Assembly: GCF_026210795.1 (NCBI RefSeq)
Contig: NC_089431.1
Coordinates: forward strand, 5,270,001-5,334,000
Source: Rhizophagus irregularis
Lineage: Eukaryota
Length of the DNA: 64,000 nucleotides
Direction of reading: 5' to 3'
The position numbers were made by a program, and so were the translations under genes. This document shows, piece after piece, positions 1 to 12,700 of the stretch; the first letter of the stretch is position 1, and every line of letters starts with the position of its first letter. The notes beneath the pieces were generated by a model. The model was not told where the DNA came from and made no database searches. It saw only the letters and a program-made list of their open reading frames with translations.

Positions 1-467
1 AAAATGATTGCAAATATACGATTAATTCTTGTAAACTAAGTTCACTAGCAGCAATCATTACATTAATTATGTCCAAGGTATCATATTCTTTCAAAGAGAG
101 TCTTCCTCCATAAATATATCTACAAAAAAAAATCATCTATTCAGTATTTGCAAAATATCAATCATTTACAGTGTGTATTAAGAAAAAATAAAAACCATTT
201 AAGTTCGTACCTTAAAATTATTGGAAATATCTCTGGTAAAATATTTGGTAATTTAATATGTGTCAAAGTTCCATTATTTTTCTTTTTATTCGTTGACAAT
301 ATTCTTCGTAAATAAGGAGAACGATAATATAAAATAATAATGTGAGAACGGAAAATTTTTACGTCAGGATCATTACCAACTTCAATAGTAATATCATAAT
401 ATTCTTCATCATTTAAAATTTCAAGTAAATTATGTGATAATTTTGGTAAAAAATTATCATCATCCAT
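1..467 (-). CDS. BTB/POZ(-BACK-TLDc) protein, 5' part; exon1 467-211, intron 210-120, exon2 119 to window edge
   Basis: LPKLSHNLLEILNDEEYYDITIEVG..FRSH..ILYYRSPYLRR BTB signature; GT-AG intron joins IILR|YIYGG as in the other paralogs here. Confidence 0.9.
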
Positions 468-601
468 TTTTAATAAATTTTAAATCGTTAACGAAAGGAA
501 TAAGGAAGTAATTAACCCTAATTTATAAATAGTTTACCTTATAATTAACTTTCATATTCTGTGCAACAATTTAAATAATGATTAACAAAGCAAGTTCTTA
601 A

Positions 602-914
602 TAGAGGTTGGAACCGTCCAAAAAAACCTTAACCGGTTAATTAACCGGTTAATATAAAAATTTTTTGCTCCGATTTTTGATTTTACTAACACATTTAGTT
701 GAAAGAAGAATATTTTTCATCAATACCATTATTAATAAATAGGAAAAAATTTGGTATTAAAACTTCGAGTTTGGGAACACATGACTGAAATTACCAAGTC
801 TCTGAGCCGCATTAACTAAATCTGACCAGAATTACGGATTTATGGTCAAAATAGTTTTAACCGGTTAACCGATGTCTTAACCGGTCTTAACCGGTTCAAA
901 CCTTCAAACCTCTA
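602..914. mobile_element. hAT-type MITE (313 bp)
   Basis: TIRs TAGAGGTTGGAA / TTCAAACCTCTA (1 mismatch in 12); perfect 8-bp TSD GTTCTTAA at 594-601 and 915-922; subterminal TTAACCGG repeats at both ends. Confidence 0.88.
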
Positions 915-1647
915 GTTCTTAAATCATCCGTCATACAATAAAAGTATGATTTCCAAAATTTAACATTTTACAATAAAATTAATAAAATTTTAATAATATA
1001 TCTAAATTTAATTTATTAAATTTATTAAAAACTGAGTGCTATATCCATATTTATTTCTTAGATATCAACATATCATAGATCTTCTAATAAATATTTGACT
1101 AAGGAAATTTTTGCAAATTTGAAATGATTTGTATCCCTAAATTGAAAGTATAATATCGATAATCATTCGATATAAAGTATTTTACTACACTTCAATAATA
1201 ATTACGACAATCTTTCAAAAATATTAAAAATCGAATATAGCTAAATAAAGTAAATTTAAAATGGAATAACTTTTATTTAATAATTTAAACGAAAGTTATT
1301 CTTGGATAGAAAAAAAAATATGATCCAATTAGAATTATTCTTATGAAATCTTTAAAAAATTTTTTTATTAATATAAACAGGATATTAAACTCGCTGCCGA
1401 AAAAATTATTTTAGTGTTTTCTGATGATGTAATTTGGAATATGTAACATGAAATGACATACATATATCATTTATCATACGAAAATAATAGTGTTTTGAGG
1501 TGCAGAAGTTGCAGGTTAATAATGGATTTATTCAATAACTATTCAATATGTTTCGATTGACAACATAGAAATTTATGCCTCATCATTACATTAGATGTCC
1601 ATAGAAGTGTGAAATCATTGGTAATTTAGAATATTCTATAAGATTGT

Positions 1648-1918
1648 TTAATTCATGTGATCCACGAGTCAACTGCAAACGATCTGCAGAAAATGGCGTC
1701 AAATAAAAGTGAAAATCATGTGAAAAAATTATGTAAAAAACAAACTATTTGGATAAATATTATGTATTAAAATATGTTGGTGTTGAATGGGTTTACATAA
1801 AAAGCATTATTTAAGGAACGAAAATCGGGTATCAGAAAAAAATTACTAATGTTCGACATAAATTTGCACCGAAATCATAAATGAATTTTTTGCAGTTGAC
1901 TCACGGATCACGAATTAA
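1648..1918. mobile_element. Putative MITE with ~25-30 bp imperfect TIRs
   Basis: Left TTAATTCATGTGATCCACGAGTCAACTGCAAA vs reverse complement of right end TTAATTCGTGATCCGTGAGTCAACTGCAAA; TTAA at both outer ends; no ORF. Confidence 0.65.
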
Positions 1919-2752
1919 TATTTTTTTGTCGAAAGTTTAGAGGAAACCTGTATGAATAATTTCAGTTTGTGATGATTTAATGCTTTTTGGTAATAATTCA
2001 AAGTAATGTTACCTTTCATTACTCATACAGGAGTTTTCATTATTCAAGAATGAGCCTGCTTGAAAAAAAATTAAAACCAATTTTTTTTATTATATACAAA
2101 TATCATATAATATAATAAATGTTAGAAATAGCAATGAACAGTACATTTTCTTTTTTATAGAATCAATCAGAGATTTTTTTATTTTATATTAAGTGATAGT
2201 TTGACACTCAACAGCAGAAATGATCGGCTACAAACCAGAACTGTGTTCATCAAAAGTCAACATCAGTACGATATAAAATTCCTTACGAATAAGGCCTCAA
2301 GACCTTAAGTGTATGACAAGTGTTTCAGGGGCCTGTGATTATATCATAATTCAATGGACTTTAATTTGAATTAACCAATCATCAACCATGATTGCTTGTA
2401 TAAAGCTCGGCGTTCTTGTAAGCAAATATTTACGTTGTGCAAATATGCGAAACGCCATGCGACAAAGACTTCGCATTTGATCTTATTGGTTGCACGATAT
2501 TATATAGTCCTTCGTTACACCCCAGACTAATTAAGCAGTTGATTGTTAAATCAAAATATGGTAAAACGATTGGCACCTTTTGTATATGTCGATCACATCT
2601 GAATTAGTGTTTAAAAACAAACCTTAACGGCGGGAAGCGTTGTTTTCATATTAACCTCTTTAATTTTTTTTGTATCTGATGGTATTTTAAATTTTTTCAA
2701 TATATAAATATATACAGTATATAGATAGTGCAGTATCAATATATGTAGTAAA

Positions 2753-5700
2753 ATGTCACTCCAATGTAAAAGATGTGGTAACGAATATACAGATAAAGTG
2801 GTTAAATGGTGTAGGTCATGTCAAATAAATTCTCTTAAAAACTATATCATAATCAACGGTAATGAAAAAATTGATGAGTTCATTAAAGAAATGCAATTAA
2901 AGGTTAATTCTTACTATGATATAGTATTTGAATGGATACCATACAGTCATTTTAATAATATTGAAGAAATCAGTGGAGATGGTTATATCACGGTATATTC
3001 AGCAATATGGCATAATAGTCCATTATATTATGATGAACATAAAATTGGATATACGAGATACCAATTTTGCAGAAATAAAAATGTCATATTAAAATGTTTA
3101 TATGACTCGCAAATTATCACTAATAAGTTCCTAAATAAGGTATGAAACTTTTTATTCATTAAATTTAAAGATTTTATAATAACAATTTTTGGTTTGTTTA
3201 ATAATACTAGGTTAATACATATTCGATTAAACGTCAAGATGACACTCGTAAAATATATGGAATATCTCAAAATCCAGATACGAAAGATTATATCATGGTT
3301 CTTGAAGATGGATATTGTGAAAAATGTGATAAAAAACATGATGCAAATCACAAATGGTATAAATCATGTCAAATAAATTATTTAAAAAGAAATTTCACAA
3401 GCTGGACAAGTGGAAATGAAAATATTGATCAAATTATTCAAGAAATGCAATTAAAAATTGAATCTTATAATGATGATATAGTATTTGAATGGATACCATA
3501 TTACCAATTTTATTATATTGAAGAAATTGGAAAAGATGGTTATGTGGAAGTGCATTCAGCAACCTGGGAAGGTAGCCTATTATGCTGGTATAATAAGAAT
3601 ATCCTAAATAACCAGAAAAAAAATCAGTATAAAAAAGTTATTTTAAAACATTTTCGTAACTCGCAAACCGATAAATTCTCAGATAAGGTATGAAATTTCT
3701 CTATTCATTAAATTTTGAAGATCTTTTCAATAACAATTTGGTTTGTTTAATAGGTTAATGCATATTCAATTAAACAACAAGATGATACTCGTAAAATATA
3801 TGGAATATCTCAAAATCCGGATACGAAAGATTATATTATGGTTCTTGAAGATGGATACTGTGAAAAATGTGATGAAAAACATGATGCAATTCATAAATGG
3901 TATAAATCATGTCAAATAAGTTATTTAAAAAGCAATTTCACAAATTGGACAAGTGGAAATGAAAATATTGATCAGTTTATTCAAGAAATGCAATTAAAAA
4001 TTAAATCTTATGATGATATAGTATTTGAATGGATACCATATGATAAATTTTATAATATTGAAAAAATTGGGGAGTATGGTTATATTACAGTGCATTCAGC
4101 AATATGGAGAGGTGGTTTATTACATTATAATGAAAATATACATATACAATATAACCAGAAGGAAAGCTATAATAAAAAAGTTACTTTGAAATTTTTATGT
4201 AATTTACGATATACGACCCACAAATTACAAAATGAGGTATGTAATTTTTATTAATTAAATTTGAAGAAATATTTAATAATATTTTGGTTTGTTTTAATAG
4301 GTTAATGCATATTCAATTAATAATCGAAATAATATTCGTAAAATATTTGGAATATCTCAAAATCCGCAGACGAAAGATTATATTATGGTTCTTGAAGATG
4401 GATATTGTGAAAAATGTGATAAAAAATATACAGATACATTTAATAAATGGTGTAAACTGTGCCAAATAAATTATTTAAAAAGAAATTTCACAAACTGGAC
4501 AAGTGGAAATAAAAAAATTGACCAATTTATTCAAAACATGCAGTTAAAAATTGATTCCTATTATGATATAGTATTTGAATGGATATCTTATAGTCAATTT
4601 AGTAATATCAAAAAAATAAGTAATGATGCAGTGTATTCAGCAATATGGACGGGTGATTTATTATGTTATAATGAAAAAATGAATAATCAAGAAAACCAGA
4701 ATAAAAATGTCGCTTTAAAACGCTTATGTAATCCACAATATACATTTATAGGTTACTATATAAAACTATCTAAGGTATGAAATTTCTTTATTACTAAATT
4801 TAAAAGAACTTTTTAATAACAATTTTGGTTTGTTTAATACTAGGTTAATGCATATTCAATTAAACGTCAAGATGAAATTCGTAATATATATGGAATATCT
4901 CAAAATCCAGATACGAAAGATTACATCATGGTTCTTGAAACTAATGGTAAATTTTGTGAAAAATGTGACAAAAAATTTACAGATATAAATCATAAATGGT
5001 GTAAACCATGTCAATTAAATTATTTTAAAAGTAATTTCACAAACTGGACAAGTGGAAATAAAATAATTGATCAGTTTATTCAAGAAATACAATTAAAAAT
5101 TGATTCCTATGATGATATAGTATTTGAATGGATGCCATACAACCAGTTTGATGATATTAAAGAAATAGGTGAGTATGGATATCTCACAATATATTCAGCA
5201 ATATGGAAATATGATCAATTATGTTATGATGGTGACAAAACTGAATATACAAGGAAAAAATTTAGTAAAAATAAATTTGTCACTTTAAAATGTTTTCATA
5301 ACTCGCAAACTGATAAGTTCTCAGATAAGGTATGAAATTTCTCTATTCATTAGATTAAAGATCCTTTTAATAACAATTTAGTTTGCTTAATAGATTAATG
5401 CATATTCAATTGAAAATCAAGATTATATTTGTAAAATATATGGAATATCTCAAAATCCGCATACGAAAGACTATATTATGGTTCTTGAAGTCAATGGTAA
5501 ATTTTGTGAAAAATGTGATAAAAAATACACGGATATAAATCATAAATGGTGTAAACCATGTCAATTAAATTATTTAAAAAGAAATTTCACAAGCTGGACG
5601 AGTGGCAATGAAAAAATTGATCGGTTTATTCAAGAAATACAATTAAAAATTGATTCCTATGATGATACAGTATTTGAATGGATGCCATACAACCAGTTTG

Positions 5701-8375
5701 ATGATATTAAAGAAATAAGTGAGTATGGACATATCACAATATATTCAGCAATATGGAAATATGATCAATTATGTTATGATGGTGACAAAAATACAAATGT
5801 CACTTTAAAATGTTTTCGTAACTCGCAAACTGATGAGTTCTTAGATAAGGTATGAAATTTTTCTATTCATTAGATTTAAAGATCCTTTTAATAACAATTT
5901 AGTTTGTTTAATAGGTTAATGCATATTCAATTAAAAATCAAGATGATATTTGTAAAATATATGGAATATCTCAAAATCCGCATACGAAAGACTACATTAT
6001 CGTTCTTGAAATCAATGGTGAATATTGTGAAAAATGTGATAAAAAATACACGGATATAAATCATAAATGGTGTAAACCATGTCAATTAAATTATTTAAAA
6101 AGAAATTTCGCAAGCTGGACGAGTGGTAATGAAAAAATTGATCAGTATATTCAAGTAATGCAATTAAAAATTGAATCTTATGATGATACAGTATTTGAAT
6201 GGATACCATATTATCAGTTTTATAATATTAAAGAAATTGGAAAAAATGGTTATGTGGTAGTTCATTCAGCAATATGGAAAGGTAACCTATTATGGTATAA
6301 TGAGAATATCCTAAATTATCAGAAAGTAAGCCAGAATAAAAAAGTTACTTTGAAATTTTTGTGTACTAATAACTCACAATATATCACATATAAATTATTA
6401 ACAAACAAGGTATGAATTTCTCTATTTATTAGATTTAAAGATCCTTTTAATAACAATTTTGTTTGTTTAATAGGTTAATGCATATTCAATTAAAAATCAA
6501 GATGATATTTGTAAAATATATGGAATATCTCAAAATCCGCATACGAAAGACTACATCATGGTTCTTGAAGTCAATGGTGAATATTGTGAAAACTGTGATA
6601 AAAAATATACAGATATAAATCATAAATGGTGTAAACCATGCCAATTAAACTATTTAAAAAGTAATTCCACAAATTGGACAAGTGGAAATGAAGTTATTGA
6701 TCAGTTTATTCTAGAAATACAATTAAAAATCGATTCTTATAAAGATATAGTATTTGAATGGATACCATATAATCAGTTTAGTTATTTCAAAGAAATTTAT
6801 GATAATAACACTAAAATATATTCAGCAATATGGAAGGATGGTCCATTACATTATTATGATAATGTAATGGGATGGACAAGAAAAAGGAGTGTCAATATGA
6901 AAGTTATTTTAAAATATCTACATAATTTACAAGATATTATAGAAGAATTTTATAATGAGGTATGAGATATAAAAATTTCTATAAAATAAGCACTTTCAAT
7001 ATATTAATTTCTTTTTTGTTTGATAGTATAATATTTTATATGGAATATCTCAAGATCCAAATATAAATGGTTATATTGTAATTCAAGCTGAATATTGTAA
7101 AAAATGTGGTGAAAAATATATGGAAGCATTACATAGTTGGTATAATCCGTGTAAAATAGACCATCTAAAAAGTTTAACAAGTTGGACAAGTAGAAATGAA
7201 ACAATTGATGATATTATTAAAAAGGCACAATTAAATAATAGTTATTTTAACAATACATTTGAATGGATATCTTATGATCAGTTTAATGATATTAAAGAAA
7301 TAGGTAAAGGAGGTTTTGCTACAGTATATTCAGCAATATGGAAGGATGGTCCATTATATTATAATAATAATGAAAAGAAATGGATAAGAAAAAGTGGAGC
7401 AAACAAAAAAGTTGCCTTAAAATGTTTACATAACTCACAAAATATCACCAATGAACTTTTACATGAGGTATGGATTTTTCTGGCAGTAATTAAATTATAT
7501 ATATTTTTTAACAAATAATTTATTTTTTATAGGCTAAGGTGCATTCAATGAAAAAATCTATTTATATTCTAAATTTTTATGGGATATCCCAAAATCCAGA
7601 TTCTAAAGAATATATTATGGTTCTTGATTATATAGAAGGTGGAGATTTTAATAAGTGGATGACTAAAAATCATAATAAATTTAATTGGTCATATAAATTA
7701 CTTTCATTATGGAATACTATTAGAGGTCTCAAAGAAATTCATCAAAAACAGATGGTTCATCGTGATTTTCATACTGGAAATGTATTAGTTAAGAATGAAT
7801 ATTGGCCATGTATTTCAGATATGGGATTATGTGGAAAAGTTGATGATATAGATGAAACAAAAATTTTTGGAGTTATGCCTTATGTAGCTCCAGAAGTATT
7901 AAAAGGAGAGAAATATACTCAAGCAGCAGATATATATAGTCTTGGCATGTTTATGTATTTTATAGCCACTGGAAAACAACCTTTTTACAATCGTGCACAT
8001 GATCAATATTTAGTGATAAGCATATGCGAAGGAGTTAGACCCGAAATAAATGAGCCAGAAGCACCAATATGTTATATTGATTTAATGAAGAGATGTTGGG
8101 ATTCAAATCCAGATAATAGACCAAATATAAATGAAATATTTGAATTAATGGAGTTATTTAATGATTCCAAACATAATGAAATTGGAAAGCAATTGAAAGA
8201 AGCAGAAGGATACAGAAAAGCAAATCCCTTATCAATTGAAGTTATTCAGTCAAATACTCATCCACAAGCTATTTATACATCTCGATTACTTAACTCCTTT
8301 ACAAAAAGCCTTTCGAAATACGATAATGTTGATAGTAATTCAGTAGAAATTATAGACTTTACGAAGTTATGCTAA
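2753..8375 (+). CDS. TKL-like protein kinase with 9 tandem zinc-knuckle/N-lobe modules and one C-lobe (~1675 aa); exons 2753-3139, 3211-3687, 3754-4236, 4301-4774, 4844-5329, 5394-5849, 5915-6409, 6474-6959, 7027-7467, 7533-8375
   Basis: All 9 GT-AG introns phase 0 and spliced product open throughout (5028 nt incl. stop); repeated CxxC..W(C/Y)xxC / SGN..ID / FEW(I/M)(P/S)Y / YSAIW / VxLK / YGISQ.P modules; final kinase GKGGFATVY, VALK, HRDFHTGN, DMG, APE. Confidence 0.88.
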
Positions 8376-8667
8376 ATTTTAATACAACTTTATTAAGTTT
8401 TTAATCGAATGAATTGAACATTTAAATTAAAAAAATGGTTAATCAGTGTAAGTTATAATGATAATAATATAACTTTCATAGTTTATTCATATATATTATA
8501 TAATATATACATTTGTTTACCTATTTTTTTATTTCTGAAATTATTGCTTAGTAACGAGTAGATGTAAGCATGTTTTACTATCGTACCGGTAAATTTTTGG
8601 TATCATTTATATAAATATAGCTGTATACTGTAGTAAATTTTCGAATCGTTAACGTGTAGCATGTTAG

Positions 8668-9217
8668 TGTTACAAAATATTTTTTTATTATATATAGGTA
8701 TAGGTTATTATAGGATATTATAGTTTTAGGTTATATTTAGTTATATTTAGTTTAGTTTATTCTTATAGTTATTGGGCGTATAGACTGAAATCGGAGGCTT
8801 AGAGATGGTGGCTAAGATCAAAGAGGCTTAAACAGGCAAAATTGGCCGGATGGTAAATTTGTCCATTAGTCGATAGAAATATATATACGAATATTACAGA
8901 GGCAGTAATATTGTACAGTATTTGTTAGTTAATAAACCCTGCCGATTTGTTTCCGATTTCTTACAATTCGTTTATTTTATCACAGTGTTCATTATCTTTT
9001 ATTGACCTTTTGTTACATTTCGTTTAATTATCTATATACGATTTAATTCCAATTATAAAAAAATTAATATATACACGTTTTAATAACTTCATTGTTCATT
9101 TACCGATTGCTCATTATTTGTGTACACATTACCCGATTTACTTCACCACTTAATACTGTATTTAACGTCATATTATCTTGCTACTACCTAACTAAACATT
9201 AGAAACCGGGGGTAACA
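8668..9217. mobile_element. Solo LTR (550 bp), probably Ty3/gypsy type
   Basis: Termini TGTTAC...GTAACA; perfect 4-bp TSD TTAG at 8664-8667 and 9218-9221; resembles 44982-45601. Confidence 0.75.
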
Positions 9218-9787
9218 TTAGCATGTCTTATTACGGATTGTTAAATTTGGTATATTGTTTGTGTGTTCAATTTACGTTAATCGGGGTGAAATTTAACGTT
9301 TCGCAGTCAATTGGCAATAAATACACAAACACCATAATTGGCAAATCTTATTATATTTTGTAAAAACCGTACCATATATGTAAAAAAAAACTCAAGGAAA
9401 AAGAATAAAATAAAAAAAATCGCATGTTTTATTATTGTAAAAAAGGAGTTTACATTGTACACGCGTCAGATGTGGCTTTATTTTGCGTTTTTTGCAAGGT
9501 TAAACACTACTGTAAAATTATTAAAACTATAAAAAATTTTTCAGAAAAAATGATCACGTGTCTGAGTTTCTTCTAGAAAAACACTTTTACCTTATCACTT
9601 GTCATACATCGTTATATTACCCTTTCATTTATCAACCGATCCTTATATTTCAAACGTCAAAAACCGGTGGTAACAATGACGCTAGCTGAAATTGCTTTGA
9701 CAAATCACGTGACATTGGCGTTGTGAAAAAAAATTTTCTTCCTTTAAAAGTTAATATTTAATATTAAGTTCTAACAAATACTAATTA

Positions 9788-12700
9788 GGCCGCTCCAACA
9801 AATAGTTTCGTTTAACATCACATGACATGAAAAAAATAGAGGGGGGCGGGGGTAAAATTTTGTACATATTAAATTTTAAACACATATATAAAGTCACGTT
9901 ATTTTATTATATGTAATGATTGTAACGTTAAGTTTGCGATATTGTATCACAATCGACCACTTGTATCAACACTTAATTTATATTATTAACATGTGAACAA
10001 ATTGTATTTTCTTTTTCTTTTTTCTTTGTTCGATAAAATTTTCTTTTTCTTTCGTGTAGTATCAGTAAATAAAACTGCAGAACTGATGATACTTTTTTTG
10101 GAAATTATATACATCAAATGTTGTATTTGTTTGTAACAGCCTATGAAAATGGCATATCTTTAGTAAAATCAGCAGTGGTTGGTATTAAAGAGTCCGGAAA
10201 TTTTGAAGATTTATTAAAAGAAGCACTTTCAAATGAACTTTTTTTAGAAGATAAGCTGGTAAAAGTTGATCTTCAATGTAATGATTCTTCAGCTTGGCAT
10301 CCTGTATTAAATGGCCTTACCAAAAATTTAGAAGCATGTTTTCAATTGAAGGCGCAGCATGTACGTTTTACAATATCTCATAGTATATCAATTCCCGATG
10401 AGTTATCTAATGAAGGATCTTCAGCATTTAATTTCATGATGACACAACAACGCCTAAAAAAACTTCCACCACTTTACAACTCCCAATTTCGTAATGATTT
10501 GCTCTATAATGATTTTTTAAAAATTTTGCAAGAAAGGAAACTGGGATGGCTGAATGATAATCATTTAACTATTGGGCATTCTTTTATCCGCAGAGTTACC
10601 GATTTAGTATGGTATTTGGATCCTCATCTTGGCAAATTGGAAAAACGCGGCTTGAAACTACCAAAAATTATAGCCAAACTTCCTGTATATGCTTCTGAAA
10701 GTCATTATAATCTCTATCATGATACTACGAAGCATAAAAAAATTGAAATATCACGAGAAAAACTTGAGTCATTTGTTAAAGCTTTAATTTTATCTATTCA
10801 ACAACCTTGGACACGCCTATTACATTGGGAAGAAGTAATTAAAGATATTGATGATCTGATAAAAATAGCTCAAGAATATGCCAACTATCTTCAAGGGGTT
10901 AATAATAGAATGCGTACTATACATATGAGTCTAGTTCCTGTAAGAAATGGGCGGAATGATATTACAGTTGAGGATATTGAAGCTGTTGACTTATATCCAT
11001 CTCAATATGAGTTTTTAGCACAGCTTCCGATGATTATGATCTTCTAAATATAGATCATTTGCTTCCTCCCAAGCCACAAAATATATATCTCTTTTTTCAA
11101 AATATTTGTGCTGATGTATCCTTCACGCTATATCGTTATTATCATGGCAATTATCTCAGTACATTAAATTTTGTATGGAAAATTCCTTCTTTGGATAAAT
11201 GTGACAAGACAAAAGAAGCAAAAAATATTTCTGCAGCATATGACCAAATCCCAATCTATTGTACAAGACAAATGCGAAAAAATGTGATAAATAAGGTTTT
11301 TTTCTTTTTTTTTTTTTTGTTTATATTTCAGTTAAAATATTTCTTTTGAAAATATTGAAAATACTAAATATACACCAACCTTTTTATAGTATTCTTTAAT
11401 AGTTAAAGCATCACGCTCAATTCTGCAAGTACTTTATCAAGATTTAACAGGAGATGTATCAACACCAGATAATGAAATCAATAAGAAAACACATGAACGG
11501 ATAAAATTGATGCTAGATACCCAAGATCCTGATATTATTATAGATCTTCGTAAGATTATTAATGAAAAAGGCACAAAATTTGATGTCTTTTGGAACGAAA
11601 TGCAAGATTACTTTAATGAGGTAATGATTATTAATTTAAATACTATTTTTGTATTTATATCTTATATAATTTATATCAAGATCATCTCAAATTTTAAAAA
11701 GGTTACGCCTGCAGTGCATGATCGACGACATACCTCAACTTTATATATGCCAATTGCCATCTCAGTTAAGGATCTGGTGCAAATCATAATTGAACGATTA
11801 GAAAATAAATATGGCACTATACCAAATGATATTGAAATACCTTCAACTGAATGGGTGCGATTACAATTTTGGCCAAAAACAGAATTTTCAGAAAATCGGT
11901 ATACAGGCAGGTTTCAAATTCGATATATGATTCAAGCTCGTCAAATACGCAAGTCTCATATTGATTCACATTACTGTTCTGCACTTTGGAGATATTTACG
12001 TGAATTTGCTATTAAATTTAAAGAGTATACAACATTAATTTGTGCTGATGACAAACATAAAGTTCCTATTGGAGAATCAGTTGCTACTTCAACAGGAGTG
12101 AGAAATAAATCAGCATTAACTACTATAGATGGAATACTTAATTCTTGTGATCACGATTTTACAAAATTATCTTTGACCCCTTCGGCATCTTTATTTGTTG
12201 ACATTCCAAATAGTATATCAGATTCATTTTACCAGGGTCAAGTATATATAGCATATAAAGATACAATTTTCCAACCAAGTTCTGCTATACGACATGCAAC
12301 AGAATTCTATAATAATTATTCTATTCAATATCAAGATAATATTAACAAACCTAAAATTTTACTTTTATATACTGATGGTGGTCCAGATCACCGATGCACA
12401 TATGGATCTGTTCAAATATCATTGATAGCCTTGTTTTTAAAAGGTAACTTTGATTTCTTAGCTGCTGTACGAACTGCTCCTTACCACAGTTGGGCCAATC
12501 CAGCTGAATGTATAATGTCAATATTAAATCTTGCTTTGCAAGGTGTTGCTTTGAAGCGAGAAGATATGAGTGGATTATCAGAACAAGCTTTTGAAAAGCT
12601 TAAAACTTTATCTGAAATCCGTGAAGGAGCTAATTCTAATTCACATTTAAAAGAAGAGCTTATTAAATCAATTAAAATTACTCAAGAATTCCTTGAAAAT

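Noticed and set aside
3140..6965. In-frame stop within the GTATGA donors as a regulatory device
   Set aside because: GTATGA is a common fungal donor and was copied with the repeat unit; no independent evidence
3028..7204. Antisense and off-frame ORFs (3028-3351, 3194-3376, 4284-4469, 6012-6209, 7004-7204)
   Set aside because: Shadows of the kinase exons
2753..7518. Treating the ~130-aa ORFs as separate small genes
   Set aside because: Each ends at or just past a GT donor, and AG acceptors link them in frame; the apparent starts are internal Met codons
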